Assembly (NCBI GenBank): GCA_963723845.1
Contig: CAVRSO010000105.1
Location: 57,307 to 121,306, forward strand
DNA: 64,000 nucleotides
Origin: an uncultured Acidobacteriota bacterium
Lineage (GTDB): Bacteria > Acidobacteriota > Terriglobia > Acidiferrales > UBA7541
Reading direction: 5' to 3'
Shown one piece after another: positions 1 through 9,815 of this stretch (positions within the stretch are counted from its first letter, which is position 1; the number at the start of each line of letters is the position of its first letter). Under the pieces are notes generated by a model, which did not search any database, was not told the origin of the DNA, and was given only the letters and a program-made list of their open reading frames with translations. A program made the position numbers and the translations under genes.

Positions 1-96
1 ATCTGATCGACCGTCTTGCGCCCCATCGCTCTGACGGATTGCGGGCAAGCGGGACGCGTGTTAGGCTCGGCTTTCTCTTTTCCGCTTTCTCTCGCA

Positions 97-2415
97 ATGC
101 CCAACGAGACTCTCGCGCAATCTCTCCGCAAAACTTTGCTTTACGCCGCGCTGCTAACTGTTTTTCTCGCCGCGCCGCGCTTCACTGCCGCCCAAGCGCC
201 TAAGAAACCTACGCCTACGCCGAAGCTTTTCACCGGCGGCGGCGAAGCCACTCTGGAAGCGGACCAGCAACGCGAATCGGGAAAACTCTTCTATGCCGAT
301 GGGCACGTCGAGGTCCGCTACGAAAACGCGCGTCTTCGCGCGGATCATGTCGAATATGACAGCGGCGCCCAAATCGTCGCCGCACGCGGCCATGTGCAGC
401 TCGATTATCGGACCCAACACGTAGAAGCCGATGATGCCCGCTACGAATTGCGCACCGGCCACGGCACTTTTCACAATGCTCGCGGAACATTCGCATTGCA
501 GCGCCGTCCCGCTCCTACGTTGCTCCTTAGCCCCAATCCGCTCTATTTTGACGCCGAAGAAGCAGAGCGCGTCGACGAAAACACCTATCGCGTCCGCAAA
601 GTGTGGCTCACCGTTTGCAAACCGGGGCGGCCCGCCTGGAAGTTTTACGCAAGTTCCGCCACGATCAGGTTGCAAAAGTCCGTTCACCTCGAAAACGGAG
701 ATTTTCGCGTCTTCTCGTTTCCCATCCTGTACTTGCCTTACGCCACGTTGCCCGCCGAAAAACGCCGCGAATCCGGCTTCATGGTTCCCGATGTGGGCGA
801 CACCACGCAGAAGGGCTTCGTTCTCGGCGACTCGTTTTATTGGGCGCCTGTGGATTGGATGGATACCACCCTCGGCGCTTCCTATTTCAGCTCGCGCGGA
901 TGGAGCCAAAAGGGAGAGTTCCGCATGAGGCCCTGGGAGAGCGCCAATCTCACCGCCAGCTATTTCGGCGTAATCGATCGCGGACTCGAGCAGCAAAATG
1001 CTCCGCCGCTCCGCCAAGGAGGTCACGAAACGAAGCTTCTGTTCACTTCCCTGTTGCCTGGTGGATGGCGCGCCGTCGCGGATTTGGATCAACTCACTTC
1101 GCTCACCTTCCGCCTGGCATGGTCCGATACCTTTCGCGAGGCCGTTAACTCGGAGGTCCGCAACACCGCGTTTTTGACCAATAATTTCAGCGGATTCAGC
1201 GTGAACTTCGCCGCGCTCAGTTACCGCAACTATTTGAGCGCCACGCCGCAAACATCGATCACTTTGCGGACTGGCCCCGAAGCCCGAATCAGCTCCGTGG
1301 ACCAGGCTTTCTTCAATAAGCTCCCGATTTATTTTTCCTTCGATGCGTTTACGGGAGCCGAGCATCGCGGAGAAAATGTCACCCCATTCGAGACCCCCAG
1401 CTTCGTGGAGCGCAGCGAATTGGCTCCCAGCGTCACAATCCCCTTGCACTGGGCCGATTGGCTCAACGTTGCTTCCAGCTTCACCTTTCGCTCCACCTAT
1501 TACGGCGACCAACTGCGCAATGGCGTTTTGCTCGGCCAGGGATTATTTCGCGACACCGAAGAGCTTTCGGTTGATATTCGGCTACCGGTGTTCGAGCGCG
1601 TTTGGGACGGCGGCGATACCAAGTGGAAGCATGTGATCGAACCGGAGATCACCTACAACTACGTGAATGGCGTGAACGATTTCGGGCGTTTCATCCGTTT
1701 CGACGAGGATGAGACTCTCACCGATACGAACGAAATTGAATATGGCGTCACGCAGCGCCTTTTCCGCCGCAGCGGATCGGGCAATGCCGATGAATTGATT
1801 ACCTGGAGCCTCGCGCAGAAATACTTTTTCGACCCTACCTTCGGAGGCGCCTTGGTTCCTGGCCAGCCCAATGTCTTCCAGACCCTCGACGCGCTCACAC
1901 CGTTCGCCTTCGCGGATGTGCCCAGGCACTTTTCGCCCATCGTGAGCGACTTGCGCGTCGATCCCGCAAAGCGCTTCGATACGCAATTCATCGTGAACTA
2001 CGATCCCCAGCGCAATCGGCTGACCGCGATCGGCACCCTCCTGAAACTCAAGCCGTACAAGGAATCGTTTGTCACCCTCGCGCACTTTTCCACATTGAAC
2101 CTGCCCTTGAATCCATCGCTGCCTCCGCCCAATTTCGAGCAGCGCTCCAATCAATTGAGGACGCTCTTCGGCTACGGGGATCAGAACCGCCCGGGCTGGA
2201 ATCTGATGTTGGGAGCCAGCTACGATTTCACGCAGCAGGCGTTTCAGAACCAGATCGTCGAGGTCTCTTATAACGGCTCGTGCTGCGGTATCGGTTTTGA
2301 GTACCGCAAGTTTTCGTTCGGCGCGATCCGCAATGAAAATCAATACAGTGTCGTGTTTCGGATCGCCAATCTTGGTTCGGCCGGCACGCTGCGAAAGCAA
2401 GAGAAAATATTCTAG
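97..2415 (+). CDS. lptD: LPS-assembly outer-membrane protein LptD (OstA family)
   Basis: 799-aa ORF (16..2415). The ATG at 97 gives a signal-peptide-like N-terminus (MPNETLAQSLRKTLLYAALLTVFLAAPRFTAAQAP). OstA-like N-terminal segment (GKLFYADGHVEVRYENARLRADHVEYD) followed by a long aromatic/Gly-rich beta-barrel-like region ending in ..EKIF. Start at 97 preferred over the TTG at 16. Confidence 0.75.
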   Translation: MPNETLAQSLRKTLLYAALLTVFLAAPRFTAAQAPKKPTPTPKLFTGGGEATLEADQQRESGKLFYADGHVEVRYENARLRADHVEYDSGAQIVAARGHVQLDYRTQHVEADDARYELRTGHGTFHNARGTFALQRRPAPTLLLSPNPLYFDAEEAERVDENTYRVRKVWLTVCKPGRPAWKFYASSATIRLQKSVHLENGDFRVFSFPILYLPYATLPAEKRRESGFMVPDVGDTTQKGFVLGDSFYWAPVDWMDTTLGASYFSSRGWSQKGEFRMRPWESANLTASYFGVIDRGLEQQNAPPLRQGGHETKLLFTSLLPGGWRAVADLDQLTSLTFRLAWSDTFREAVNSEVRNTAFLTNNFSGFSVNFAALSYRNYLSATPQTSITLRTGPEARISSVDQAFFNKLPIYFSFDAFTGAEHRGENVTPFETPSFVERSELAPSVTIPLHWADWLNVASSFTFRSTYYGDQLRNGVLLGQGLFRDTEELSVDIRLPVFERVWDGGDTKWKHVIEPEITYNYVNGVNDFGRFIRFDEDETLTDTNEIEYGVTQRLFRRSGSGNADELITWSLAQKYFFDPTFGGALVPGQPNVFQTLDALTPFAFADVPRHFSPIVSDLRVDPAKRFDTQFIVNYDPQRNRLTAIGTLLKLKPYKESFVTLAHFSTLNLPLNPSLPPPNFEQRSNQLRTLFGYGDQNRPGWNLMLGASYDFTQQAFQNQIVEVSYNGSCCGIGFEYRKFSFGAIRNENQYSVVFRIANLGSAGTLRKQEKIF

Positions 2416-2424
2416 CGGGATCTC

Positions 2425-3843
2425 ATGACACCAAAAGCGGAATCCGAGCTCGCGTTCCTTTCAATTGATGAAGCGGCCTCGTTGCTGAGACGCAAGGAAC
2501 TCTCCCCCGTCGATCTCGTGAATGCGTCGCTCGCACGAATTGAGCGATGGAATCCTGAACTGCACGCCTTCCTCACCATCCTCGCCGAACCGGCGCGCCG
2601 CCGCGCGAAGCTGGCGGAAAAAGAAATCCTCCGCGGCTCAGATCGAGGTCCACTTCATGGCATACCTATCTCGCTGAAGGACAATTACTACACGCGCGGC
2701 ATTCGCACCACGGCGGGCTCCACAATTCTCTCTGATTTCGTCCCCGATACCGATAGTCACGTTGCGGGCCGCCTCGCGCGAGCAGGCGCCATCTTACTGG
2801 GCAAAACCAACATGCATGAATTTGCGTACGGGATCACCGGCGAAAATCCACATTACGGAAGCTCGTGCAACCCCTGGGCCGCGCAGCAGATTTCGGGCGG
2901 ATCGAGCGGCGGCTCGGCAGTCGCCGTGGCGGCGGGAATGGGATTCGCCTCCATGGGGACGGACACCGGAGGCTCAATTCGTATCCCGTCGGCTTTGTGC
3001 GGAATCGTTGGATTGAAGCCCACGTTTGGACTCGTAAGTATTTCTGGTATTGTACCGCTCGCAGTCAGTTTCGATCACGCGGGACCGATCGCACGCAGCG
3101 TCACCGATGCGTGCATCGTCCTGAATTCGGTCGCAGGCAAATATCCGAAGGGCGCGGCGCGCCCCGATCATCCAAAGCTCCGCGAGAGCCTACCCGCGCG
3201 ATTCCGTCTCGGCTGGCCCAAACACTTTTTCTTTGAAAGGCTCGATGACGACGTGCGGCGCTTGGTCGAGGCCGCTGCAAAAGTCTTCCAGTCCCTGGGC
3301 GCTGAAATCCAGGAGGTCTCGCTGCCGAATCTCGTCAATTCCGTCGATGAAGCGACCACTGCCGTTGTCGCCGAAGCGAGCCGCTATCACGAATCGCAGG
3401 GATATTTTCCCGCGCGCGCCGCGGAGTATGGCGAAGACGTCCGAGGCCATCTCGAGTTCGGACACAAGCTGCTAGCCGTGGATTACCTTCGCGCCCAGGA
3501 AGCCAAACGCAAAGTGGAAGAGGATTTTGCCGCCGCATTCGAAAGGGTGGACGCCGTTATCGCCCCCACTTCCCCCATACCCGCCCCTCCGATTGGCAAA
3601 AGTGAAGTCCCAACCGCGGGCCAGCGAGAGACGGCCGTTCGAGCGGAGCTGCTGCGGTTGACGCGCCCCGCCAATCTCACCGGCCATCCAGCTATATCGA
3701 TCCCCTGCGGCTTCACGCCACAAGGTTTGCCCGTAGGCCTACAGCTAATCGCCCCGCACGGGGACGAAGCGCGCCTCCTCGCCATCGCCCTCGCCTACGA
3801 ACAGTCCACCGACTGGCATCGCCGCCACCCGCCGCTCTCCTGA
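2425..3843 (+). CDS. Amidase-signature family amidase (GatA-like); substrate unknown
   Basis: 472 aa. Gly/Ser-rich amidase signature GGSSGGSAVAVAAG and an upstream ISLKDNY segment. Lies 9 nt after the lptD stop. Confidence 0.8.
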   Translation: MTPKAESELAFLSIDEAASLLRRKELSPVDLVNASLARIERWNPELHAFLTILAEPARRRAKLAEKEILRGSDRGPLHGIPISLKDNYYTRGIRTTAGSTILSDFVPDTDSHVAGRLARAGAILLGKTNMHEFAYGITGENPHYGSSCNPWAAQQISGGSSGGSAVAVAAGMGFASMGTDTGGSIRIPSALCGIVGLKPTFGLVSISGIVPLAVSFDHAGPIARSVTDACIVLNSVAGKYPKGAARPDHPKLRESLPARFRLGWPKHFFFERLDDDVRRLVEAAAKVFQSLGAEIQEVSLPNLVNSVDEATTAVVAEASRYHESQGYFPARAAEYGEDVRGHLEFGHKLLAVDYLRAQEAKRKVEEDFAAAFERVDAVIAPTSPIPAPPIGKSEVPTAGQRETAVRAELLRLTRPANLTGHPAISIPCGFTPQGLPVGLQLIAPHGDEARLLAIALAYEQSTDWHRRHPPLS

Positions 3844-3878
3844 ATTGGACAAGTTGCCCATGGGCCTTTGCCCTGGCA

Positions 3879-3939
3879 GTCGTAGGGCACGATACCCGCC
3901 GTGGCGGATAGTCGGCGCACATGCTTGGCTACTTGTCCG
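3879..3939 (+). repeat. Intergenic repeat family 1, degenerate copy (palindromic CCCGCCGYGGCGG core plus CGGCGCACATGCTTGGC tail)
   Basis: GTCGTAGGGCAC-GATACCCGCCGTGGCGGATAGTCGGCGCACATGCTTGGCTACTTGTCCG aligns with 54859..54918. Its 17-nt tail is identical to the reverse complement of part of 62771..62815. Confidence 0.7.
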
Positions 3940-4113
3940 GCGTCCACGTCGCGTGTAAGGGGCCGCCTTTGCGGTCGCCCCTGTAGCGCGCCGACCGGTC
4001 CAATGGAAAGACAATTGCTTATTTAGCCTGTGCTGGACAGGTTTCGCTGAGGAGCAACACCAGCTAAACTGTTTTGTTTCTGTAGCTTATCGCTCCGGCT
4101 GCTGCCGGCCAAT

Positions 4114-5451
4114 GTGCAAAGGGTGTCACCTCTGCGGAATAGAAATGTTCCCGAAGAGCGCCGGCATCACGTCCGGTGCGGGCTAGCCTCGTCGATCCTA
4201 TACGTTGAGCTTGGTCCAGGGAATGGAGGCATCATCGTCAGCCTTGGCACGGGTGGATTGTCCCTCCATGCAGCAACCAAACTGAATGCCGACGCGGAGC
4301 TGGCCCTTCGCTTTCAACTGGATCCTACCGAGAAGCCGATTGAGGCTGCAGGGCGAGTTGTGTGGTTGGGTCCGACGCGTAAGGAAGCTGGTATTTCGTT
4401 CAAGGATCTCCCTGCCGACGCGCAAAGACAGATCGCGAAATGGATTGCCGCGCAAGAGCAGCCCATCTCAATTACCCAAGGTGAACTAGATCCACAGCCT
4501 AAATCCCCGACGATGAGTGGCGCAGCGCCGCCGATTTCCATCCAAGCGCCCGTTCCCGCGAGCCTGGCTGCCGAAAGATTCGAGAATGCACAGCCGAGCC
4601 TTAGCATGGGGATTCCGCGCCGGGTAGTTTCGGAATCTTCGCAACCAGCTCAGTTTTCAAACATAGCGTCTGGCTTGCAATGGACGACGTCTCCATCTCC
4701 CGCGATCGCTTTTCCAACGCCTGAAGAGCGATTCGAAAGGCCATCGGACAAGCTTCTGCGAGCGCCGGCGAAGCGTTACGAAGTACTTCTCGAACCCCAG
4801 AAGCCAGCGTCGGCCGAGAAAGAGATCGTTCCAAGAGATTCCCTATTGCCGGGCTTGATGCCTGCTCCCGCCAAAGTTATTGAGGTGAGTCACCTGGAGC
4901 CTCAAGCGAATGATTCAGCCGCCTCGGAACTTCGCCAGCGCCGGAAACTCGGGCTCACAGTGTCGGCTTGCTCGGCGGGAATTCTAGTACTGATGGTGAT
5001 GATAATGAGCGTCAGCAGGTTTCCCGCCCGCCGTAACTCCAACGGAAGAAGGACGGAGCCGATTTCGTCAGCCGCAGCGGTGGAACCCGTGAACGTGCCT
5101 CAAACAGCGCCGGGGCCCCTGACTGATCAAGGTGCCGAGGCCGATACGCCCGCAGATGCTCCCGTGCTGGCCGATAACGATCTGCTACCGATTCTCCCAA
5201 CGCATCTACCAGCAAGCGTGCCGCGGGACGGCGACTGGGGCGCGCATGTGGAGTCGATGTTGGGCATAGGCGTCCCCATGAAAGTCAATCCGGCCGTGCT
5301 CGGCTTACCGGTGTGGACCGTTCAGCACAGTGGATATTATTATTGCGTCGACAATCTGAATTCAGAGACGCCACAGACAGGCGCCCTGATGCTGCAAGGC
5401 GAAGCCCTCCAAACCGGATACCAACCGAAACTCGGCAACTACTGTAACTAA
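4114..5451 (+). CDS. PilZ-domain membrane protein (N-terminal PilZ, long Pro/Ser-rich linker, one TM helix, small Cys-containing C-terminal domain)
   Basis: RxxxR-type motif ERRHHVR and a downstream IVSLGTGGLSL element resembling (D/N)xSxxG. TM segment LGLTVSACSAGILVLMVMIMSV. C-terminal HSGYYYCVDN...GEALQTGYQPKLGNYCN. Start (GTG at 4114) is uncertain. Confidence 0.55.
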   Translation: MQRVSPLRNRNVPEERRHHVRCGLASSILYVELGPGNGGIIVSLGTGGLSLHAATKLNADAELALRFQLDPTEKPIEAAGRVVWLGPTRKEAGISFKDLPADAQRQIAKWIAAQEQPISITQGELDPQPKSPTMSGAAPPISIQAPVPASLAAERFENAQPSLSMGIPRRVVSESSQPAQFSNIASGLQWTTSPSPAIAFPTPEERFERPSDKLLRAPAKRYEVLLEPQKPASAEKEIVPRDSLLPGLMPAPAKVIEVSHLEPQANDSAASELRQRRKLGLTVSACSAGILVLMVMIMSVSRFPARRNSNGRRTEPISSAAAVEPVNVPQTAPGPLTDQGAEADTPADAPVLADNDLLPILPTHLPASVPRDGDWGAHVESMLGIGVPMKVNPAVLGLPVWTVQHSGYYYCVDNLNSETPQTGALMLQGEALQTGYQPKLGNYCN

Positions 5452-5508
5452 GGGAATGCCTGTGCGGGTGGAGGTTGGCCTCTACTGGCGCATTGTGGGG
5501 ATCCAAGG

Positions 5509-5579
5509 GAGATTCCTCGGCTCCGTGTCCGGGCGCTTCGCGCAACACCCAAAGTGCGGGACACTCCGCTCGGGATGAC
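5509..5579 (-). repeat. Intergenic repeat family 2 (GTCATCCYGAGCGGAGT..hairpin..CGARGGA)
   Basis: The reverse complement reads GTCATCCCGAGCGGAGTGTCCCGCAC...GCCCGGACACGGAGCCGAGGAATCTC, collinear with 54961..55035. Confidence 0.6.
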
Positions 5580-5635
5580 AACGTGAGGCGAAAGGCGCCC
5601 CCTAAAAAGCGAGGCGGCCGCTACAGGGGCAACGC

Positions 5636-5657
5636 CAAAAGTGCGGACACTCCGCTC
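5636..5657 (-). repeat. Partial copy of repeat family 2
   Basis: CAAAAGTGCGGACACTCCGCTC nearly duplicates CAAAGTGCGGGACACTCCGCTC at 5550..5571. Confidence 0.5.
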
Positions 5658-5734
5658 CTTTCCCCCGTCAGGGGGCAATCGCCGCGCTCGAGTGCGTTTC
5701 GTGTCCTCTTGCAGCAACGGGGGGAGAGGGTTTC

Positions 5735-5762
5735 TTGACATCGGGGGCAACGGATTTATAAT
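5735..5762 (+). promoter_or_regulatory. Consensus sigma70-type promoter for the yceD-rpmF-plsX-fab cluster
   Basis: TTGACA (5735-5740), 16-nt spacer, TATAAT (5757-5762). Lies 33 nt upstream of the yceD ATG (5795). Confidence 0.55.
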
Positions 5763-5794
5763 GAATTTCGCGGCGGAAATTTAGGAAAAATGCG

Positions 5795-6328
5795 ATGTTT
5801 CTCGACGTACATGAACTGGCGGTCCGCAAGGTGCGCATCCGGAAGAGCTACGCTCCCGGCACGCTGGATTTCCATTCCGGCGAATTCCGCCAGGTAGAGC
5901 CCTTGGAAGTGCGCGCAACGGCTGAACTTGTGGACGGGCAGATCCGCATCTGCGGGAACCTGCACACCCGAGTGGAGCTAGTATGCGCGCGCTGCCTGGA
6001 CACCGTGGTCGAGGAAATCAGCCGGGATTTCGATCTTTTCTACCGCCCGATGACCTCCATCGCGCGCGATGAGGAATTGCACCTAAACCTCGACGATACG
6101 GAAATCGCCTTCTTTGAGGGCGACGGGCTTTTCCTCGCGGACATCCTGGCGGAGCAGGTGAACCTCGCGCTTCCCATGAAAGTAATCTGCTCGGGTGATT
6201 GCCGCGGGCTGTGCCCCCACTGCGGCGCGAACCTGAACAATGAGGAGTGCCGGTGCGAAAAGAACGGCTCCGACGCCCGGCTTGCCCCGCTCGCCCGTCT
6301 AAAGCAGGACTGGTTCAAAAAGCAATAA
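5795..6328 (+). CDS. yceD: DUF177 / YceD-family protein (23S rRNA accumulation protein)
   Basis: 177 aa. C-terminal CSGDCRGLCPHCGANLN motif. Conserved position immediately upstream of rpmF. Confidence 0.8.
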   Translation: MFLDVHELAVRKVRIRKSYAPGTLDFHSGEFRQVEPLEVRATAELVDGQIRICGNLHTRVELVCARCLDTVVEEISRDFDLFYRPMTSIARDEELHLNLDDTEIAFFEGDGLFLADILAEQVNLALPMKVICSGDCRGLCPHCGANLNNEECRCEKNGSDARLAPLARLKQDWFKKQ

Positions 6329-6391
6329 AACGCTACACTGTTGGATTCCATTCAGACCGCATTGAGTCGCGGCCTGCCACGAGGAACATTC

Positions 6392-6580
6392 ATGCCGAAT
6401 CCAAAGCGACGACACTCGAAGAGGCGGACGTCCACCCGCCGAGCGCACGACCATTTGCACCCGCTTTCGCTGGCCGAATGCCCGCATTGCCACGAAAAGA
6501 AGCTGCCTCACCGAGCGTGTCTGAAGTGTGGCTACTACAACGGCCGCGAAGTAATTGACACCGAGGCCAAGACGGCCTAA
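6392..6580 (+). CDS. rpmF: 50S ribosomal protein L32
   Basis: [22 protein letters not shown]... with CPHC...CLKC zinc-ribbon cysteines. The ATG at 6392 is preferred over the ORF-track start at 6341. Confidence 0.9.
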   Translation: MPNPKRRHSKRRTSTRRAHDHLHPLSLAECPHCHEKKLPHRACLKCGYYNGREVIDTEAKTA

Positions 6581-6615
6581 GTTTCCCTCGCCTGCCAGTC
6601 CAAGCCGGTGCTTAC

Positions 6616-7632
6616 ATGACTACTATTGCCCTGGATGCTATGGGCGGCGACCATGCGCCTCGCGTCGAAGTGGAAGGAGCGATCCTGGCGGCGCGTGAGC
6701 AGGGCGTGCGCGTGCTGCTCGTTGGCGGAGAGCAAGCGGTGCGGCACGAGCTGGCGCGGCACAAGCACCGCGACCTCGCGATTGAAGTGGTGAATGCCAC
6801 GGACGTGATTACCATGACGGATTCGCCGTCGCAGGCCTTCCGCCGCAAGAAGGAAAGCTCTGTGCACGTGGCGGCGCGCCTCGTCCGCGACGGCAAGGCT
6901 GACGCGCTGGTGAGTGCGGGGAACACGGGTGCGGTGATGACCGTGGCGCGATTCGTGATCGGCACGCTGCCTTCGGTGGACCGGCCGGCGCTGGCCGCGG
7001 CGTTTCCGAACATGAAGGAAAAAATATCGGTGATCCTGGATGTGGGCGCGAACGTGGATTCCAAACCCGCGCACATCGAGCAGTTCGCGGTGATGGGCGA
7101 GATTTATTACCGCTCCATCTGGGGAGTGAAGCGGCCTCGCGTGGCGCTACTTTCCATCGGAGAGGAAGAAGCCAAGGGTAACGACCTGACGCGCGAGGCG
7201 GCCACGCTTTTGAAACAATTGCCGCTGAATTTCGTTGGGAATGTGGAAGGACGCGACGTTTTTCGCGGCAATGTGGACGTGGTGGTATGCGACGGATTCA
7301 TAGGAAACATCGCGCTGAAACTCAGCGAAGGCCTGGTGGAACATATCGGGGGCATGTTGAAAAAGGCGATCAAGAGCAGCCTTACGTCGCAAATCGGCTA
7401 CGCGCTTTCGAAGCGAGCGTTTGACGATTTCCGCAAGCGCACGGATTATTCGGAAACCGGCGGGGCCCCTTTGCTCGGCGTGCGCGGCATCACCGTGATC
7501 GGCCACGGGCGGTCGAATCCGAACGCCATCAAAAACGCGATACGCGTGGCCGCCGAACTTTGCCGCGCTCGCGTGAACGAGAAAATCGAACAGGAGCTTT
7601 CCGCAGCCGCAGCAATCCCCGCACGCGGCTGA
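6616..7632 (+). CDS. plsX: Phosphate acyltransferase PlsX
   Basis: 338 aa, begins [15 protein letters not shown]. Canonical position after rpmF. Confidence 0.9.
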   Translation: MTTIALDAMGGDHAPRVEVEGAILAAREQGVRVLLVGGEQAVRHELARHKHRDLAIEVVNATDVITMTDSPSQAFRRKKESSVHVAARLVRDGKADALVSAGNTGAVMTVARFVIGTLPSVDRPALAAAFPNMKEKISVILDVGANVDSKPAHIEQFAVMGEIYYRSIWGVKRPRVALLSIGEEEAKGNDLTREAATLLKQLPLNFVGNVEGRDVFRGNVDVVVCDGFIGNIALKLSEGLVEHIGGMLKKAIKSSLTSQIGYALSKRAFDDFRKRTDYSETGGAPLLGVRGITVIGHGRSNPNAIKNAIRVAAELCRARVNEKIEQELSAAAAIPARG

Positions 7633-7653
7633 GTTTTAGGAATTGCAACCATC

Positions 7654-8613
7654 ATGAGCAAGCTCGCATTCCTTTTTCCAGGACAGGCTTCGCAATATCC
7701 GGGCATGGGCCGGGACCTGGCCGAGAATTTTGCGGAGTCGCGCGCCGTGTTTGAAGAAGCGGATGCGGCGCTGGGATTCGCGATTTCCAAGGTGTGCTTC
7801 GAGGGCGATGAAGAGGCCCTGAAGCTGACCGAAAACCAGCAGCCAGCGATCTTGACCGTTTCTGTGGCGGCGTATCGCGCGCTCGAAAGCCGAGGCATTC
7901 AACCGGATTTAGCCGCGGGACATAGCTTGGGAGAATATTCCGCGCTGGTGGCCGCGGGCGCGCTGGAGTTTGCCGATGCGGTGAAGCTGGTGCGGCAGCG
8001 CGGCCGGTACATGCAAGAAGCTGTGCCGGCGGGAGAAGGCGCGATGGCCGCGATTCTGGGGCTTTCTCCCGCGGATGTGGCCGAGGTTTGCAAGAAGGCC
8101 GCGAAGGGAGAAGTGGTTTCGCCCGCGAATTTGAATTCGCCGGAACAGACCGTGATTGCGGGCGCCGCGGCGGCGGTGAAACGCGCGGTCGAAATCGCGT
8201 CGCAGTCCGGAGCGAAGCGGGCGGTGATTTTGGCGGTTTCCGCTCCTTTTCACTGCGGCATGCTGACGCCCGCGCAGCGGCGGCTGGAATCCGATCTGCG
8301 CGCGGCGAAATTCAGCGAGCTTCGCTTTCCGGTGATTACCAATGTGGACGCGGAGGCGGTGACCACCGGCGACGAAGCACGCGACGCGCTGATTCGGCAG
8401 GTAACGCTTCCGGTACGGTGGCTCGATTCGGTCCGCGAAATGATCGACCAGGATGTGAAGGTTTTCGTCGAAGTGGGGCCGGGGAAAGTGTTGGCGGGAC
8501 TTCTGCGTCAGATCGATCGCTCGGTGCGATTTTTCAATGTGGAAGATGCGGCGGGATTGAAGTCAACGCTGGATAAGATTGCGCAGGCTCGGGCAGAAAG
8601 CGCGGAGACCTAG
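7654..8613 (+). CDS. fabD: Malonyl-CoA:ACP transacylase
   Basis: FLFPGQASQYPGMG and active-site GHSLGEYSAL. Confidence 0.9.
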   Translation: MSKLAFLFPGQASQYPGMGRDLAENFAESRAVFEEADAALGFAISKVCFEGDEEALKLTENQQPAILTVSVAAYRALESRGIQPDLAAGHSLGEYSALVAAGALEFADAVKLVRQRGRYMQEAVPAGEGAMAAILGLSPADVAEVCKKAAKGEVVSPANLNSPEQTVIAGAAAAVKRAVEIASQSGAKRAVILAVSAPFHCGMLTPAQRRLESDLRAAKFSELRFPVITNVDAEAVTTGDEARDALIRQVTLPVRWLDSVREMIDQDVKVFVEVGPGKVLAGLLRQIDRSVRFFNVEDAAGLKSTLDKIAQARAESAET

Positions 8614-8651
8614 CGGAATAATCGCTGTCATCGAGGCATTACGGGGGCCAG

Positions 8652-9398
8652 ATGTTTTCGCTGAAAGATAAAGTCGCGCTGGTTACGGGGGCGTCGCAGG
8701 GGATTGGACGGGCCACTTCGCTGGCGCTGGCGGAAGCGGGCGCGAAGGTCGCGGTGGCAGCGCGGAGCGCGGATAAGCTGGCATCGCTGGCGAGCGGGAT
8801 CGAATCCGCGGGAGGTTCGGCGCTGGCGGTGCCGATGGACGTGGCGGACAGCGCACAGGTGAAGGCTGCGTTTCAACAAGTGCTCGCGAAGTTTGGCAGG
8901 CTGGACATTTTGGTGAACAACGCGGCGATCACGCGCGACACGCTGGCGTTGCGGATGAAATTAGAAGATTGGGAGGCTGTGCTGCGCACCAATTTGACGG
9001 GCGCGCATCTCTGTATTCAGCAGGCGCTTGGCGCGATGCTGAAGCAGCGCTCCGGGCGCATCATCAATGTGACTTCAGTGGTCGCGGAGACCGGAAATGC
9101 GGGGCAGGCGAATTACGTGGCGTCAAAGGCGGGGCTAATCGGATTGACGCGGGCGATTGCGGTGGAAGTGGCGTCGCGAAGCATCACGGTGAATGCGATT
9201 GCGCCGGGGTTCGTCGAAACGCCGATGACCGATCCGCTTTCGCCAGAGCTGAAAGAGAAGATGAAGTCGCTGATTCCCCTGGGGCGGTTTGGCAAGGACT
9301 GCGAAATCGGCGCGGCTATTGTTTTTCTAGCGAGCGATGAGGCTGCTTACATCACTGGACAAGTTTTGGAAGTCAACGGCGGAATGCACATGGGTTAA
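8652..9398 (+). CDS. fabG: 3-oxoacyl-ACP reductase
   Basis: SDR motifs TGASQGIGRA, NNAAI and YVASKAG. 248 aa. Confidence 0.9.
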   Translation: MFSLKDKVALVTGASQGIGRATSLALAEAGAKVAVAARSADKLASLASGIESAGGSALAVPMDVADSAQVKAAFQQVLAKFGRLDILVNNAAITRDTLALRMKLEDWEAVLRTNLTGAHLCIQQALGAMLKQRSGRIINVTSVVAETGNAGQANYVASKAGLIGLTRAIAVEVASRSITVNAIAPGFVETPMTDPLSPELKEKMKSLIPLGRFGKDCEIGAAIVFLASDEAAYITGQVLEVNGGMHMG

Positions 9399-9421
9399 GC
9401 CCGCAAATACGCATCGGAAGG

Positions 9422-9450
9422 TTGACCGGGCGGAGGGTGCCGCATAGAAT
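9422..9450 (+). promoter_or_regulatory. Candidate sigma70-type promoter for acpP
   Basis: TTGACC (9422-9427), 17-nt spacer, TAGAAT (9445-9450). Lies ~78 nt upstream of the acpP ATG, which has a GGAGGA SD. Confidence 0.45.
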
Positions 9451-9528
9451 GGGCAGGTCAAAACGGGCGCGACTTCCCTGGCGTGCAGCCCAAGGTCCCA
9501 TATCACCAATAGCGGAGGAATAGTTAGA

Positions 9529-9771
9529 ATGGCCAGCGTCGAAGAACGCGTGAAGCAGATTATTGTCGAGCAACTCGGTGTGGACGAAGGCGAAGTGACC
9601 CCCAATGCCTCGTTTGTGGACGACCTTGGCGCCGACTCGCTCGACACGGTCGAGCTGGTGATGGCCTTCGAGGAAGCGTTCGGCATCGAAATTCCGGATG
9701 AGGATGCGGAGAAGATCGCCACGGTGAAAGACGCGAACGAGTACATCGAAAAGCACTCCAAGGGGAAGTAG
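9529..9771 (+). CDS. acpP: Acyl carrier protein
   Basis: 80 aa with the phosphopantetheine site [18 protein letters not shown]. Confidence 0.95.
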   Translation: MASVEERVKQIIVEQLGVDEGEVTPNASFVDDLGADSLDTVELVMAFEEAFGIEIPDEDAEKIATVKDANEYIEKHSKGK

Positions 9772-9815
9772 CCGGTCCCGCTGAGCCATCCCATCCCGAA
9801 CAGGAGAAGTTTCCC

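Noticed and set aside
154-1512. 452-aa ORF antisense to lptD
   Set aside because: It lies entirely inside and opposite a well-supported gene. Its Ala/Gly/Arg-rich composition is typical of shadow ORFs in high-GC DNA, and it has no recognisable motif.
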